DNA of 64,000 bases, from NCBI GenBank assembly GCA_012295275.1, contig CM022665.1, positions 26,722,001 through 26,786,000 of the forward strand, read 5' to 3'. A model generated the notes under the pieces. It made no database searches. It was not told where the DNA came from and saw only the letters and a list, made by a program, of their open reading frames with translations. Both the position numbers and the translations under genes were made by a program. Positions 33,085 through 47,918 of this stretch are shown piece after piece. Origin of the DNA: Chrysomallon squamiferum. Taxonomy: Eukaryota > Animalia > Mollusca. Positions within the stretch are counted from its first letter, which is position 1; every line of letters begins with the position of its first letter.

Positions 33085-36000
33085 ATGTTATAAACTTGTA
33101 TCAAATCTTGAAAGTAAAATCACTTTTACATGTTACATAAATAGCTGATCAGTCGTACTAAATATTTTATTTAAAAAATACAAGAGTAAACAAAATTGAA
33201 TATTTGAATATTAATTATAATTTTGTCAAAAATAATCTGTTCTTCATATGGTTTTGAACTATAATTGACTATATACCAAATATGCACTTCTCTGATTTAT
33301 GATTATGCATAAAATGTTTATTTATTAATTATTATTTTAATATTTTTTTTTAATTTGATACATTTTAAAAAGTGTTTTTATTCTGTTTATACATATAGTT
33401 TAGAAATGGGAAAATTAGATCACTGATAACATTGGTAAAAGTTTTACCTACTATTGCTGTAAACTGTGTATCTTAATATCTTAAGTTCTTATATTGTAAA
33501 TTTATCTTTGCATGGTTCAGACTATTGTTTTCATTTTTTTAATTAATACACATGGTTACAACTGCATAAACTTGAAATAAATATGCATTATAAACAGATT
33601 ATTTTATGAGAACCATTATATATATATATATATATATATTTAACTAAACTATTTTTCTAAACAGTTCAGCAATCTTTTCAGTTTTTTCCAAATGAAGTAT
33701 ATTAGTTTCTTCTTCTACCTAATGTTGTTGGTTTAGATTAGTTATGCAGCATGTTTTCTTTTAATTTTAATTTGAAATGATACATGATCATTATCTTTGG
33801 ACACACACGTACCCATACAGACTTGCCATTTTCAAACTTTTTTTGAATGATGTTGCTGAACATTCAATCTATACAAGTAACAGAGGAGTCAGCACAATGA
33901 AATTATGTATATATTAAAACCACGTTCAATATAACACACACACACACAAACACACAAAAAAAAAAAAAAAAAAATTTCTCTTTTCCTGTACAAAAGTCAA
34001 GGGTATACTTTTACAAGAAATATAAAGCTTTCTGTTAGTCTTCAGTGGACGGAATATTTGTTAAAGCAGAGTTTTTTTTTGTTTTTTTCTTCTCTGTTTG
34101 ATCCTTTGCCATAAAATGTAGAGATAAATGAATTTCTTTTTGCATTCATGTTATTGCAAATGAGTGGATTGCCTTATGAATAAATAAAGACAATATTAGT
34201 TTAATAAATCAACAGTCATGGTGTACTGCTTCGAAGAAGAAATGGCTTATGCATGCCCCAAATTGTTAATAAAATAATAAAAGATAAGGGTTATACTTAC
34301 AACAATTTATGTAACTTATTATAAGTTCACTTATGGAAAACTGATGTGAAATATTTTGTCTTAAGAACAAAAAATCTGCATTTCATTTCCAAATAAGATT
34401 CAGGACCATAAAAATTGATAAAAAGAGTTTTTTCCCTTTAGTTGTAATTAGACCAAGAATTTTAGCTAAGAAAAAGCCTTCTCTTAGTACATTATGAAAC
34501 AGCTTGACCTAAAGAAACTGTTGATTCAGTTTCTTTCAGATTCATTGTGTAGATGAAATATTTCCTATTCATGACTGTTGTAATTATACGTAAAGGTCTT
34601 TTCCTAGATATCTAAAGGAGAAAAGCTGATTGCACAATAAGGTAAGATGTACATACCACATGCTAACATAAGTAAAACAACTGGGTTGTTTTATTTCTCT
34701 TGACTGACTCTCTTTCTCTATATATATAAAAATAAAAAATAAGAAAATAAAAGAATAAATATGGTTGCAGGTGTCTACACTAAAGATTATCTTCTCCTGC
34801 TTTCTTTAACTTTTATTGCAGTGGAAATAGCCTGCAGTTTTTTTTTTTATTATTACGTATAATCATGTAATTTATCTGTATTGACCCAAGGTATGATAAA
34901 TTCTGAGCAGATCAATCATCTTCAAAACACCATTCTAAAAGGTCCATACGATTTGTATTTTCTATCATGCTGAACATAACAAAGAACTTTATTCCAAATG
35001 TAAAAATGTTAAGAGTTTGCAGTGAAACCTGTATGTTGTTTGTTTGACATTCCATAGACAGTGTTAGAAAATTAATTGGTATCCTTTCACAGTGTCATTA
35101 TCAAAACAAACTTCTTATTTACTTTAAAACAAAGCAAATTAACAAGATTTCAAGTAGGTTAGAAAATAGCAACTTCTTTTCCAGATGCTTATATAAAGGC
35201 ATAACTATAACATTTAAAAATTATTATTTTGTTTTTGTTTATTAAAAATATTTTAAATGTTTACCCCTTTATGGCTCTATGAAAACATATGCAGGATGGA
35301 CATGATAAATTTTTAGCATAAAAATGCTTATATCTACATGACAAACTTTAAAATGATCTGAAATGGGGCACTGAACTTTAAACAGTTAAGAACCACTACT
35401 TTATTATAAAAATATTTTGAATATTAAAATAACTGGGTCAAAAGCCTGCTTACAAAAAAAAATAAAAAAAATAAATGTGACCTATTTTAAAAAACAAAAA
35501 AGCAAATCTTATGACCATGAAAAAAGTATTGAATACTCTTGTAAATTTTCACTAATGTCAATGTGTCTCTAAAAATAAACAAGTGTTAAGTAATTAAGTT
35601 TTAATTTGTTTCCAGTTTCACTAAACTGAACAACACCAGTAGGTCAGCAACTTGACCGAATAAATCTCTATTGCAGTGCCTTAAAAAGCTGCATAAATTG
35701 AGAATAAAACATGTAACTGAATACCTATGCATGGTCAGACATAGAATAAGTACTAATAAGTCATGGCTAAAACAGTTTCATGGTACTGAATGACATGCCT
35801 GTAGTATTTTCAGGCCATAAATAAATCTACAACCCTGACTGACATGTAAACTATGTTTGATGACAAATAATATCATTGTACTAAATTACCTGTCTATATA
35901 GACAATAAATACATGAAATTAATTTGGTAGAACTATTGTAATAGTATTAATGCACTAGCATATTTTTTATAAAACAAGCAAAATACCACAATAGTGATAT

Positions 36001-39000
36001 AGTCAATAATTTGTTTTTAAAATTATTTTAAAATGGTTATCAAATGCCTCTTGTTAGGTATTAATGGAGTAAATATAAATTTAGTAATTTGGTTTTAAAG
36101 AAAGGTGTGTTGCATTTAAAAATAAATATACGGATGTATTACATGTAGAAACTATTACCACTTTGTTACAAAAATTGCAAGCATTACACTATTTTCTGAA
36201 CTAATTCCATGCTATATATTTTGACACAGCTTCTATGTAAATGTTTTTTAATATATATTTTTTTAACTATTATGGATTCTGAAGATACATGTATACTGCG
36301 TGACTTGTGTAATTTATCTATGACGCCATTAAAGTTAGAAACCAGACCACTGAATGAATGAAGCTAAATTTTTATATAGTTTGCTTGTGGCAAATATTTG
36401 TATGTCAGTAGTTCAGGTTATGATATATTTAGCTTGTACCACTGAAACTGTTTCAACCTGCAGCAGTTATTAAATTAGTTATTTCTGCAACAAACACTTT
36501 CATTTTAGTGAATTTTAGACAAATATTTTTTTAATTTTTTAAAAGTTTATTATTATTTTTTTTTTTTTCTTTACCTTTACAAAACAGCAGCCTATTTGCT
36601 TTTGCTGCTTCATAAATAAGAATTTACTTTAAAGAATGACTAGGCATATTTCATTTACATTTTGCTTGCTGGTAATAAATTGTAATAAATGAAGAAGATA
36701 AAATATTCAGTGAAGTGTTTCATGAGTCATTAATCTTTGTAGGACAGCATGAACACTTAACATAGATTATCATTTTTTTTATACTGCTCCTGTTTACCTG
36801 TTAAACAAAATACAGTTGATAACATCTGAAGAGAAGACCTATTTTTAAACCCAAAAGGTTGTTTTTTTAATGCATAAAAAAAAAAAAAAAGAATTGGAAA
36901 AGCATTCTGAATAATGAAAGAAGGAAAGTTATTAATTTTACATTCTATAAATTTCACAAGGCAAAATGTATAACATTGCATCATACACATCTTAAAAACA
37001 TTCAGTAACAGATGTTGAAGTAAGGTATAGTTTATTTTAGTTGTATAAAAATAAAATTATTTCAGTTAATTTTCAAACACTCCTATATTACACCATGAAG
37101 CAAAGTGTAAAAAAAAAAAAAAATCAAAAAAGAAGCAATCATAATAATTATTTTATTAAACAAATGATAATTTTAAGATATGTTTGGTATGACTGTCTGT
37201 TATTTTTTCTTTTGTTTTCTCGTTGCATAATTGAACAACATAGAATATACTTGTAATATTTCCTTCTAGGTGAACTAGAATTAACAAAAGTAATGATGTC
37301 AGATAGGTTTCTTATATAAATTAATACATTGTGATGTATTTTTATGAAAATTGTTTGAATAGGTTTTAATATCCCCACCTTCTCCTAAGCAGATTTCTGC
37401 TTTGAGATTAGATGCAGGTTTTTAATAATACTAAATCAGAATAATAAAAATACACTGTGTGTAAAAATAGTATGAAGTACTTCCAGGAGTAATTTAATTT
37501 CAAACAGATAAAAAAAGAAGCAAAACATACTGTTAACATAATTCTCTGCTTGCAACTATTTGATCAGCAACAAGAGAATACTCCACAGAAAGTGTTAATG
37601 TGATAAGAATTGTAAATAGCAAAAGTTAGTATCCTTGTCTTTTCACACGGCCTACGGGTATGAATGCTAACTGTGAATTAACCTTTATTGTTGTATTTTT
37701 TGCCTGTAGATGGCAAGTTTAACTAGTTGACATTAGCTTTGTTACTGCCAGTCAGTACTGGCTTTGTTTCTTAATAGACTTGAATTTGATTAGCAGAGTT
37801 TCTGATTTCTCTGTCTATTGTTTTTGTCAAGCTGTAGAAATTAAATTAAAGATTCAGTCTGCATACTCACATACACAAAAAATTGTTCTTTTGTTAGTGT
37901 TCAAAAAGAATTCAGACAAGATGTCTAAAATGACAAATCATAGGGGGAAAAATGCTTATGTTTGGAACAAAGGTGCAGTAACCATCTACAGTTTATTTAG
38001 TGGTGATATATATATTTGCCATCATGTATGTGTGTGTGTGTGTGTGTGTTTCTGCTGGGAATGATTTAATTTCTAAATCTAATCCTGCCAATGTAGGCCA
38101 ACTTAAATAATTATATCCCCGAATTTTTTAAATTCACCTCCACCTGCTGAGCTGATATCATGTTACATATATTGGTTCAAAAACATTTTTGCACTAGCTT
38201 CAGGCATCTTTCATATTTTAGCATTAAACTCTTTATGGATTTTTTTTTTTTAAATAATAGGAATTTATAAATGTCACTTTTTTTTTTTTTTTTTTTACAA
38301 GTCATTATACATCATAGCTAATAGGAACCATAACAGCATTTAATTATCCATTCTGCATTTCAAAACCCACCAAATAACATTAATATTTAGGCTATTTGTA
38401 TTATTATCTTGATAAATAGAAGCTTTGCCAGAACTGAAAGTACATTTAATTTGAACATGTGTGCCATAATAGAAAAACTTTAAAAAAACATCACCACCTT
38501 TATGTTAACTTGAGCTACAGTGTCTGTAATTGAGCATATATCATATTTTGAATATGTTTTATCTGTAACTAATTAGAAAGACTGTACGCAGTTATGTTGG
38601 TTTAATACTCAGCTGATAACCATGTTGAGTTCAGTAACTGGGCCAACACTCAGCTTGTGGTATCTTTCTTTTCTATAGCCTTTGTGACTAAGTTTTTACG
38701 TAATCTGATCTGCTATTTTTGCAAATTGAATTTCATTTGACGTTTACCTAATTTATTATATTTTTTTAATAACTTAAAAAAAAAAAACATTTTTTTTACG
38801 ATAGTGTATAGCATTATTGTTGAACTCTTACACACTAATTTTTTTTAACCTTGATTTTTTCTTTCTTTCTTTTTTTCAACATCATTTTAACAAAATGAAA
38901 AAAGAATTCACTTGTAATAGCTAAAGGTTTGGATGCTGTGTCATTTGGATTAGCTTTATTTGGAACAAATTAATTATGTTTTACTTTTAAGTTGCAATTA

Positions 39001-41249
39001 GTGGTAACTAAGCTAAAAAATAAATTAAACACAAGCAAACAAAACATAATGTGAAGTAACATAACATAAAAAGGAATAAGTAAAAGACAAAGACATTAAT
39101 AGTCTCACTTTTTAAATGCAAGTTCATTGTTAAAAGGAATTAAATCATTTCAAACAAATGTATTTTCTCAATGCATCCTAAAAAAATATTTAATTACATT
39201 TGGTTTTTGGTAAAATCTCTTTAATTTACTTTTGCTGATTAAATCATCACAAATCATTGGTAGTTACTGTGTGTCATGATAACAATCATGTTTATTTTGA
39301 AGGTAATACTTAGAACTGACTGCAGTAAAATTGTACCATTAATTATATTAGCTAATGTATGGTTATTCCACCATGATGCTTCAGTTAATGTTTATTGATG
39401 TTAACAAACAATTACAAGAGTATATATTGTGTACATTGAACCTCAATAAGATTGAATAAATGTAGTTGATTGTACTTAATTCTTTTACTGTCATTGTCAA
39501 ATTACCCACAGAACATTTTTTTTAAAAGTTAAAACATTATTACTGTGGGTTTTTTTTTAAATCTGTCTTTCTCTCTATTTCAGAATCTTTTCATTGATCA
39601 ATACAAGTTTTTGTTCCAGCTGTATAATTTAAAAATCTGTTTTAAAAATGTTTAAGGTAACATTTATGCTTTGCAAATCTTGTGAGAAATAACAAACTGT
39701 GAAACAGTGAAAATTAAAACATTCATAATAATAAAAGTATATGGTTCTAGGGCCCCCTGCATATGCTCAAGAGATCTGTATAAAAGATGTAATTTTATCT
39801 TACACATGTGTATACCTGGAAATCCTCTCTACATATTACTAATAAGAACTGTTAAAACCCATGAAATTTATACTGACTACAGTTTTCTAGCATTACATAT
39901 GCCAACTGAGAATACAACTTACTGCACAGTAATTTAAAAAAAATATATTTTTGAATTGCAGTTGATCTGAACTGTAGATGAAAAACCTGCTAATATGTGT
40001 CATGTAGAGGGAAAGAATTATCTCCCCTCCTTTACCTATTTCTGCCCTAATTATCTCTTACATTTTTTTATTTTATTTAAAAGTATACATTTTAATTTTA
40101 TTTATTTTAAAATTTCTTTTAAGGTAGTTTTACTGCATCATATTTTCATGATATATATATTATATATATATATTCACAAATATCTGTTGGCAATAAGTTT
40201 TCATACATTAATAACTGTTTCTGAGCAGGTGTCTATATGCATATCACTATCATATGGCTCTTTATTTAGTTAGAAATATTAAGTCTGCAGAAGAATTATT
40301 TATGTACTAATATTAAATGTTAAAAATAAGACATTTAGATTAATACAACAGTTTTAAGAATGAGGGTTAGCACTAGTTTCCACACATGCTTGCAAATAGT
40401 TTTACGATAAAACAAGTGTATGATTTAAAAAAAACCCAATTCTGTCCCATTTTATAACGAGAGGTTTCATTTGCTAGCTTTCAAAACTCTTTGAAGCTTT
40501 TCTGATAAATGTTCATTGAGTGTAAATTTAAGAACCCATCAACATCACTAATCCAGTTTTATTATTATAGCTAAAACTAAAAATGTGTGATGTAAACACC
40601 AACTGAAACTGTATTTACAACACTTTTTATTTATTATTGTTTTTTTGTTATTATTATTTCATATTTTCATATTTTAAGTTTATTTGTAATAAACACAAAT
40701 ATTAAATATACATAAATAAGTAAAAATGTATGCATGAATGAGATACATATGTAACAAGGTAATTATGATGTTTTTTGCAAAATCTTCTTTGAATAGCCTT
40801 AACATACGATTTATTAACACCATTCTAACATTCCTGTTTGTCAGCACCATTTTTCAACTACAGTTTTTGGTTTAGGGGATTACTGATATCTTCAAAACAA
40901 GAAATCAGAGACATACTGAATGCCTCCCTGTGTCTGAAATTATTTGTATACTTGAACTAACTCTTACAACCATAATCCTTGGCATTTATGAACATGGAAT
41001 GAAGCCAGTGCCTGTACATTTGTCAGATGTTTTATACATTTTGTAAATTGATGACTACACATCTCAATGGAGAGTCTGTGATGATGACATTCCTCTCTGT
41101 TCATTTCACTGGGACAGATAAATCCAGATGAATTTATGAGTGTGCAGTCAGGAAAAAAAGAAAATTAAATGTAAAAGCAACATTTGTTTTCTCTTCTTCT
41201 CTTCTTTTTTTTTTCTCTCTAGTTCATTGTTTTCAATAATAATATTAAT

Positions 41250-41298
<49 letters not shown>
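41250..41298. repeat. (AAT)n microsatellite
   Basis: Direct inspection; similar (ATT)n tracts at 42025-42070 and 61252-61298. Confidence 0.95.
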
Positions 41299-41304
<6 letters not shown>

Positions 41305-42022
41305 CAAATACATTTTATTTTTAAATTTAATATTGCTCCAGAACAATTTTCAGGATTCACATACAAAGTACTGTGGCACTTACAGAAATCAAGCTTCAGT
41401 ACTAACAACAGTAAGAACATGTTTCAAAAATGTTAGGTCTTCATATATTTAGCAAATGACAGTAATTGTATTATTATGGAAACGTTATTGTGATCAAAGA
41501 AGGTTTCTCCAACAGTTTCCAAACAGTCATAAAATGAATAAGAAAATAAAAATCCATCCTTGAGGCCACAAAAAAAAAAAAAAAAAAAAAGAAAGAAAGA
41601 AAGAAAAAAAATATGTAGAAAGCAACAAAAACATCTTTCATTTCAAAACATAAAGAAAGAAAATGTAAGAGTGAATTAGCTAATGCCACAAATGATTAAC
41701 TGAGTGCAGATAGTTGTGAATTATTATTTTCTTGTTATTGTATAATAGCATATGAAAATAGCAACAACATTTTTGGGAAGAAGTGTGTAAATAAAATGTA
41801 TATTTAATTACAGTTTCATGATTTAGTATCACAAAGATTTCTTTCTCTTGTTGAATTAAGCATCACAACAAGCACGTTTGAGACCTTATGCTTAATAATC
41901 CTTTTCTTAAGTTGTAAATATGCATAATAAATAATAAATTAGACAAGTGTTTTCTTAAAGAATGTTTTAATAGGTTGATTTATTTGGAAATATATATAAT
42001 TATTTTCATTATTCAGTTATCA

Positions 42023-42070
<48 letters not shown>

Positions 42071-45000
42071 TTATGTAATAAATGCACTGAATTGAAGGAT
42101 ATTTAAAAGAAAAAAAATTCAATTTTATTATTTTTGGTTGTAATACTACTATTCTTTTTTTTTAATTATTAAAATAGAAGAGATAGATCAGTGTTCAGCT
42201 GGCATTTAAAAAAAGATTATAAAACTGATTAAAATGATACTTAGTTGTGTATACATATATTCTGGTAATTTTGATATCCGGTGTTGATAAATAACCATTT
42301 CAAGTAAGCATGCTGTAACAGGATGTGATTGCATTTTAAATAGACCTGTTGTCTGCATGTCACTTTATAATCTCTGCCACAAAATTAATGTGTTCAGTTT
42401 TTCAGCAGTCATCAGAAATCTTTGTTTTTGAAAAGATAAAAAAAAGAAGAAAAAAAGTACCAGTTATACCAGTTAATACAAACTGTAACATTATTAGGCT
42501 TACTAACAGTAACAAAAAAAAAAAAAAAAAAAGTATTAATTTGTTATTATTTTCTTGTCATTTGTTTTAGTTTTTTTTGTTAATATCAGGTTTAAAAACA
42601 GTATATAATGAAACTGTATACAGATATCTTTTGCTGATTGGAAGTATTGTTAATTTTAAAAATAACTGAACAAATAATTATTGTTCCATGATAAAGTTTC
42701 TGATTAACATCACACCATAAAGAAAAAAGGTTCACTAAGAATATTGTATCTGAAAAAAAAGAAGCTGTAAAAACCAGATATAATAATGATGATGGTGGTG
42801 ATTCGTTTAATTTTAAATATCTATTTTTATTTTTTTTATTATTATTTAAAAAATTATTTAAAAAATTATTGTATTAATGAGATTTATTGATTTCTTAAAT
42901 TTTATTTTGTTTTGATTTTTAAAATGTATTTAATCTTCATATTAGTTGTTGGCTTTTTTCTTTCTTTCTTTCTTTCTTTACTTCTGTTCATAATTTGACT
43001 TAAATTGTTTTTTTTCTTTAATGTTTGTTTTTAATATAAAGATTACATGCCAATATATTTCTGTCTTCAAGAAAAAAGAGGAAAGAATGTAAAAAGGAAT
43101 AATGGAAAAAAAAAAAACCTGTTAGGCAAGAGTGTTTTATGAGATGATGCAATATTTTACAAATTAAAAGAAAAATCTTTCTAAACAGATTTCTTTGTTT
43201 TTAATATAATCCATCTGAGGTTTGTAATTACAAGATATCTTTTTTAAACAATAATGTAACTTAACTAATGAAATCTTCATGAAGTGAGGATATACTTGTT
43301 TATAGATGCATCAGTAAGATACCTGATACCAAAGTGGTTAGAAAATGAATGGAAACAGGGCTTAGAGTTGTTGGTAAGACATAGTGTATTTTTGTCCTTG
43401 TTTTTAGACAGTGCCGTGTTTATGTTGGAGCTTATACCTTCTTACATACAGTATACCAGCATAAAGCATATGTGAGTAAAAAAAAATGTAGATGTCCATA
43501 GGGCACTTCTCCTTTTTATTGATTTAATATGAATACAATATTTTATTTGAGAAACATGTAAGTAAAAGATAAAAAGTTTTACATATGAAGAAGGTTATTA
43601 TCTAAGGAAGTGATGTGAAAGATACTAAGAAGTTATTGATCACAGAACATCAGTTTACAGTATAACAAATCCTAATAGCATGGATTGGTGAGTGAAACAA
43701 CTTGATCATACACATATATAAATTTATTCACCTGAATAGTTCTTAGTTTCTTTCTTCTTTTAATTTAATTTTTTTTTCCCCCATTTTTATCTACTATTTT
43801 TTTTTTTTTTTTCTTCATGAAATATTCTGACCTACTTTATTTTTCCAAATCTTATCAGAACTTAGTTCTAAGTGAAACAACCACATTAAATTCACATTAT
43901 TATAAGAAATACATCCATGCCAGGTATCACTTAGGGAACTGACTTTATTTATAATTCAGAAAAACGTGTGAGAAGATCAAAGATGATTTAGTTGAAGAAA
44001 TAATTATTAATAAAGAATACATCTGACTCTTGAGAATATTACCTCTATGTACTGTATTATGCCAGAGACTGAAAATTTAATGACAGCTACAACCCTAAGG
44101 CATTCATCTACATGAACACTGGCATATAAGTATGTTGCTCATAATAGATATGAATTTGTACAGGGTCACATTGTTGAAGGGTGAGGCTTCCAGGAGGATA
44201 ATTTTGGCCAAGGTATCAATTCAAAATGATGCTATTGATACAGACATTGATTAATTTTTGTTTCTGCCAGAGACCAATGACGTTGAATCTACTGACACCT
44301 GAAACTGTATCTTATAGCCACCCTTCTCTTACATTATGAAGTTCATTCGCACTTGGTTATCCTTTTATACAATATGTCTCATAAACTGACCTAGTGACTC
44401 TCACACAAGATAACACATGCCATATGTTTCTGGGCAGAGCAAAATTTGACTTTTTGTCAGATAAAATATTGTAACAAATCAGTACAGCATGATGGTTTCC
44501 ATCCATAAACTCCATTAAGAAAATGTTTATTAAGACACTGCTGATATGCCATGTACAATTCACTTATTATTATCATAATAAATTTCACATTTTCAAATTA
44601 TTAAATTTTTTTAATAATATTTTATTTAAAAAAAGAGAAGTATGTAATATTGTCTTTAAAAGAAAAGTAAAATAAATTAATGAAATGTTTGTAAGTAAAT
44701 TTCAAAAAGATGTTTGTATGGATTTATTTATTTGCTTCATAAATGTACACATCATTAACCTTTTCTGATACTAGAAATATATATTTACATATTCCCCTTT
44801 ATAACTTTATTTTTTAATTTTATTGTTATTATTTTTTTTTTTTTTTTTTTTTTTTTTTTCTTTTCTTTTTTTTTTAAATTATTTTTTTAATGATGATGTT
44901 TATGGATTGTTATAAAAAAATTTATGTTATGTTTTGTAACAAATACACCGGTATCTTAAGACACTGACTTTGGTACACATAGTTCATGAGATTATTTGTG

Positions 45001-47877
45001 TAGGTATTGCTTTGGCTGCTCATTGGATATACATCCAACTGACACAACAAGTAGTCTCCCATTTCTTTCATGACACCCTAAAGTGTTCATTTACGAAGAA
45101 ATAAATATCAAGTTACACATATTACATGAACTGTAGTTAACTTGGCATCTGTCTGTCAGTTTACTCATTTGCTTTACTGGTTTAATATTTCCAGTTTCTT
45201 CATGTATCAGGCACAAAATAATTTGTGAGTATTTGTACTGAAAACCTTGCTCACATTTTAATTTAACTTTAACCATTTTTTTTTTTTTTTTTTAATGGTT
45301 GGTTTCTTTTGTTTTTGGATTTAATGGGAATTCTGATATTATTTTTGAAATGAAAATTGGTATATAATTATCCAAAATAACAATAAGGAAAAATTAGTAC
45401 TCAGACGTAAATGTTAAAAAAATAATTTATCAGAAAAGAAAGAAATACATTAGTTGTATTAAAGTGTTCATTATTTCTAAAAAGTTCTTTGTCAAAAGAA
45501 CAAAACAAAGCCAAACAAAGCATTAACTCAGATAAATTTAGATTTAAATCAACATTAAATAGAACAAGAAAGTGAACATTATATGATTCATTGAAGTAAG
45601 TGTCTGATAAACCTTTGTTTCAGCTATATAAATTCAGATTTTAAATCTAACTATTCCTGTTAGTATTCAGATATAGATTCAGTTTCGAACATCTATTAGA
45701 TAGTAGTTATTTAACATAATATCAAATGTTGAAGAATAATTTGATGAATTTTCATTACCTTTACTTTCCAGTTGACTACTAGCATTCTGTATGTTCAGTA
45801 TTGCATTTAATGAACATTATAAGCAAATTAATACTCTAACTATGAAAAACATGAATATTATAATTTAGTTCCCAAATTGTACCATACAAAAATACTGTTC
45901 TGCCAGTTAAAGTTCATATAATAATTCTATTTAGCTTCCATGTGGCAATTTGAAAAGATTTTTTTTTTTTTTTTTTTCTTCACATTACAACTGTTCCATT
46001 CTCAGATCCAGAAATAATCAAAATGTACATTTGACAGGAGATCATGCACTGGTGCCCATCATAAGACCTCCTGGCAGGTGGTCTTCCCTGGACTGTGACT
46101 GGGTCAGAGGTCTCTACAACTGACTGATTTGGTTTTTTCCTATTTGTAACATTAGTAGATCTTTGTGACAAAATAGATACCTGCCATCATCATTGATGAG
46201 AGCTAGTAACTCAAAGCAGCTCTACCATTAGCTGGTGTTCAATATCACTAATGTAAGGCAGACGCCTACAGATGTAGGCAGCAGACGGACAGTGACAGTG
46301 CATGATTGTGAGATACCTGGAAATTGGATACACACATACCTTAAGATATCAGATCAAGTCAAAAGGATATCTGTTCAGGTTCCACTTGGATTGGAGGGAG
46401 TTAAACTGGCAAACAGCCACTTAGAAGGAAAAAAAATCTTACCTACAATATACGCAGAAATTATTATTGGTTGTTTTTCTTATTAAGAAGTTCTCATAAA
46501 GAATATTGATGTGTGTTGTTTACCTGGGAGTATTTAGGAAGAATTGATTTTGCTGAATTCTTGGCTTATTTGTGTGTTTTATATTCTGATTCTTGTATAA
46601 AGAAGTTTTTAACTATATTGAAGATGCCATATAAGTAAGTATTAAGTATTAGTTTATTAATATGACCATTAGAAAAAAAATCATAATTATGAAGATGGGT
46701 GTCATAATTTATTCAACATTTTTCACTTGAGACATTTTAAAAACCCCGAGCAGATTTGTTACTTAAGACTTGGATTTAGATTTGGCTTGATTTTATTCTG
46801 TTTATTAGCACAGTTGAATATGAAATTAATATATAAAACATGGTTGAAAGTTTTGAATTAGAAATATTTTTTCACTGTTAATTTATAAAGAAAAAAATTA
46901 CCAGAACTTAGAGTTTAAATCTAGTTCTGTTTACAGTTTTACACAGTTTATGTGTGACATTTAAAGAAAAACAGTTCTGTCGCTTACAGATTTGGACAGT
47001 GCTGTACTGAGTAGTTGTCAGTTGTATGTTTATTTCACGTTAATAGATACATTTATTTTCAATGGAAAGTAACAAGAGAAAATGAAACTATCAGATGTAG
47101 ACCACTTTTTCATGATGAAATGTGCTTATTTTTATTTATTTGTTCCTTTTACTACTTTTATGAGTCTCTATTTGTTTATTTTTTAAATGTGTATATATAT
47201 CTGTATATCTATCTATCTATCTTTATCAGTTTAAGAAAAAGGATCATGTTCACAGAGCAAAAGATGATCCTTAATATTCACTAACATTTCTAATACATAA
47301 AATAAATTTGGTTGTTTTAAGTTGTAATCACCAGTAAATTATTATAAAAAAAAGATTGTGTCTGTAGATGGTCTTTGATAGTCACTGAAATCTCTAAAAT
47401 ATATGCATAAAATAAAAAGGATTTGAATTATGTAAGTTATTTTGTTATTGTAAGTTGCAGTCACTGGTAGATTAGTAGTAAACTTGCTTCTACTGAAATT
47501 CTTAAACATGATTCTTTTTTAAACAAATAAAGATATTATGAATGTTTTTAATACACCTTGCAACAACAGCTTCTTTCAGTGTTATTTAAGATGGTTGAAA
47601 GGTACAAATCTAAAACAAATAAATGTGTTCAGAACAGAAATTTGATAAGAACTATTTTTGCAGAAGTCATATTTTATATTCATTGATACAGTATATTTAG
47701 AAAATAATAATTATCTATCTGTGTGTGTGTTTGTGTGTCTGTTAATGATTTTGGGCTGTTTTTGAAAGCCTTCATAACCATGTACTTGAGATGTATAAAG
47801 AAATAGGACATGTTATTATGAATGCATCTAGTGTTTTAAAATCTCAGATGTCCAACTTCAACAGTTACGTATTTTAT

Positions 47878-47918
<41 letters not shown>

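Noticed and set aside
34608-34641. 34-nt exon-like segment in HIF intron 1 (ttcctag...AAG|gtaaga)
   Set aside because: Stops in both relevant frames and no other support, although a rare poison exon cannot be excluded.
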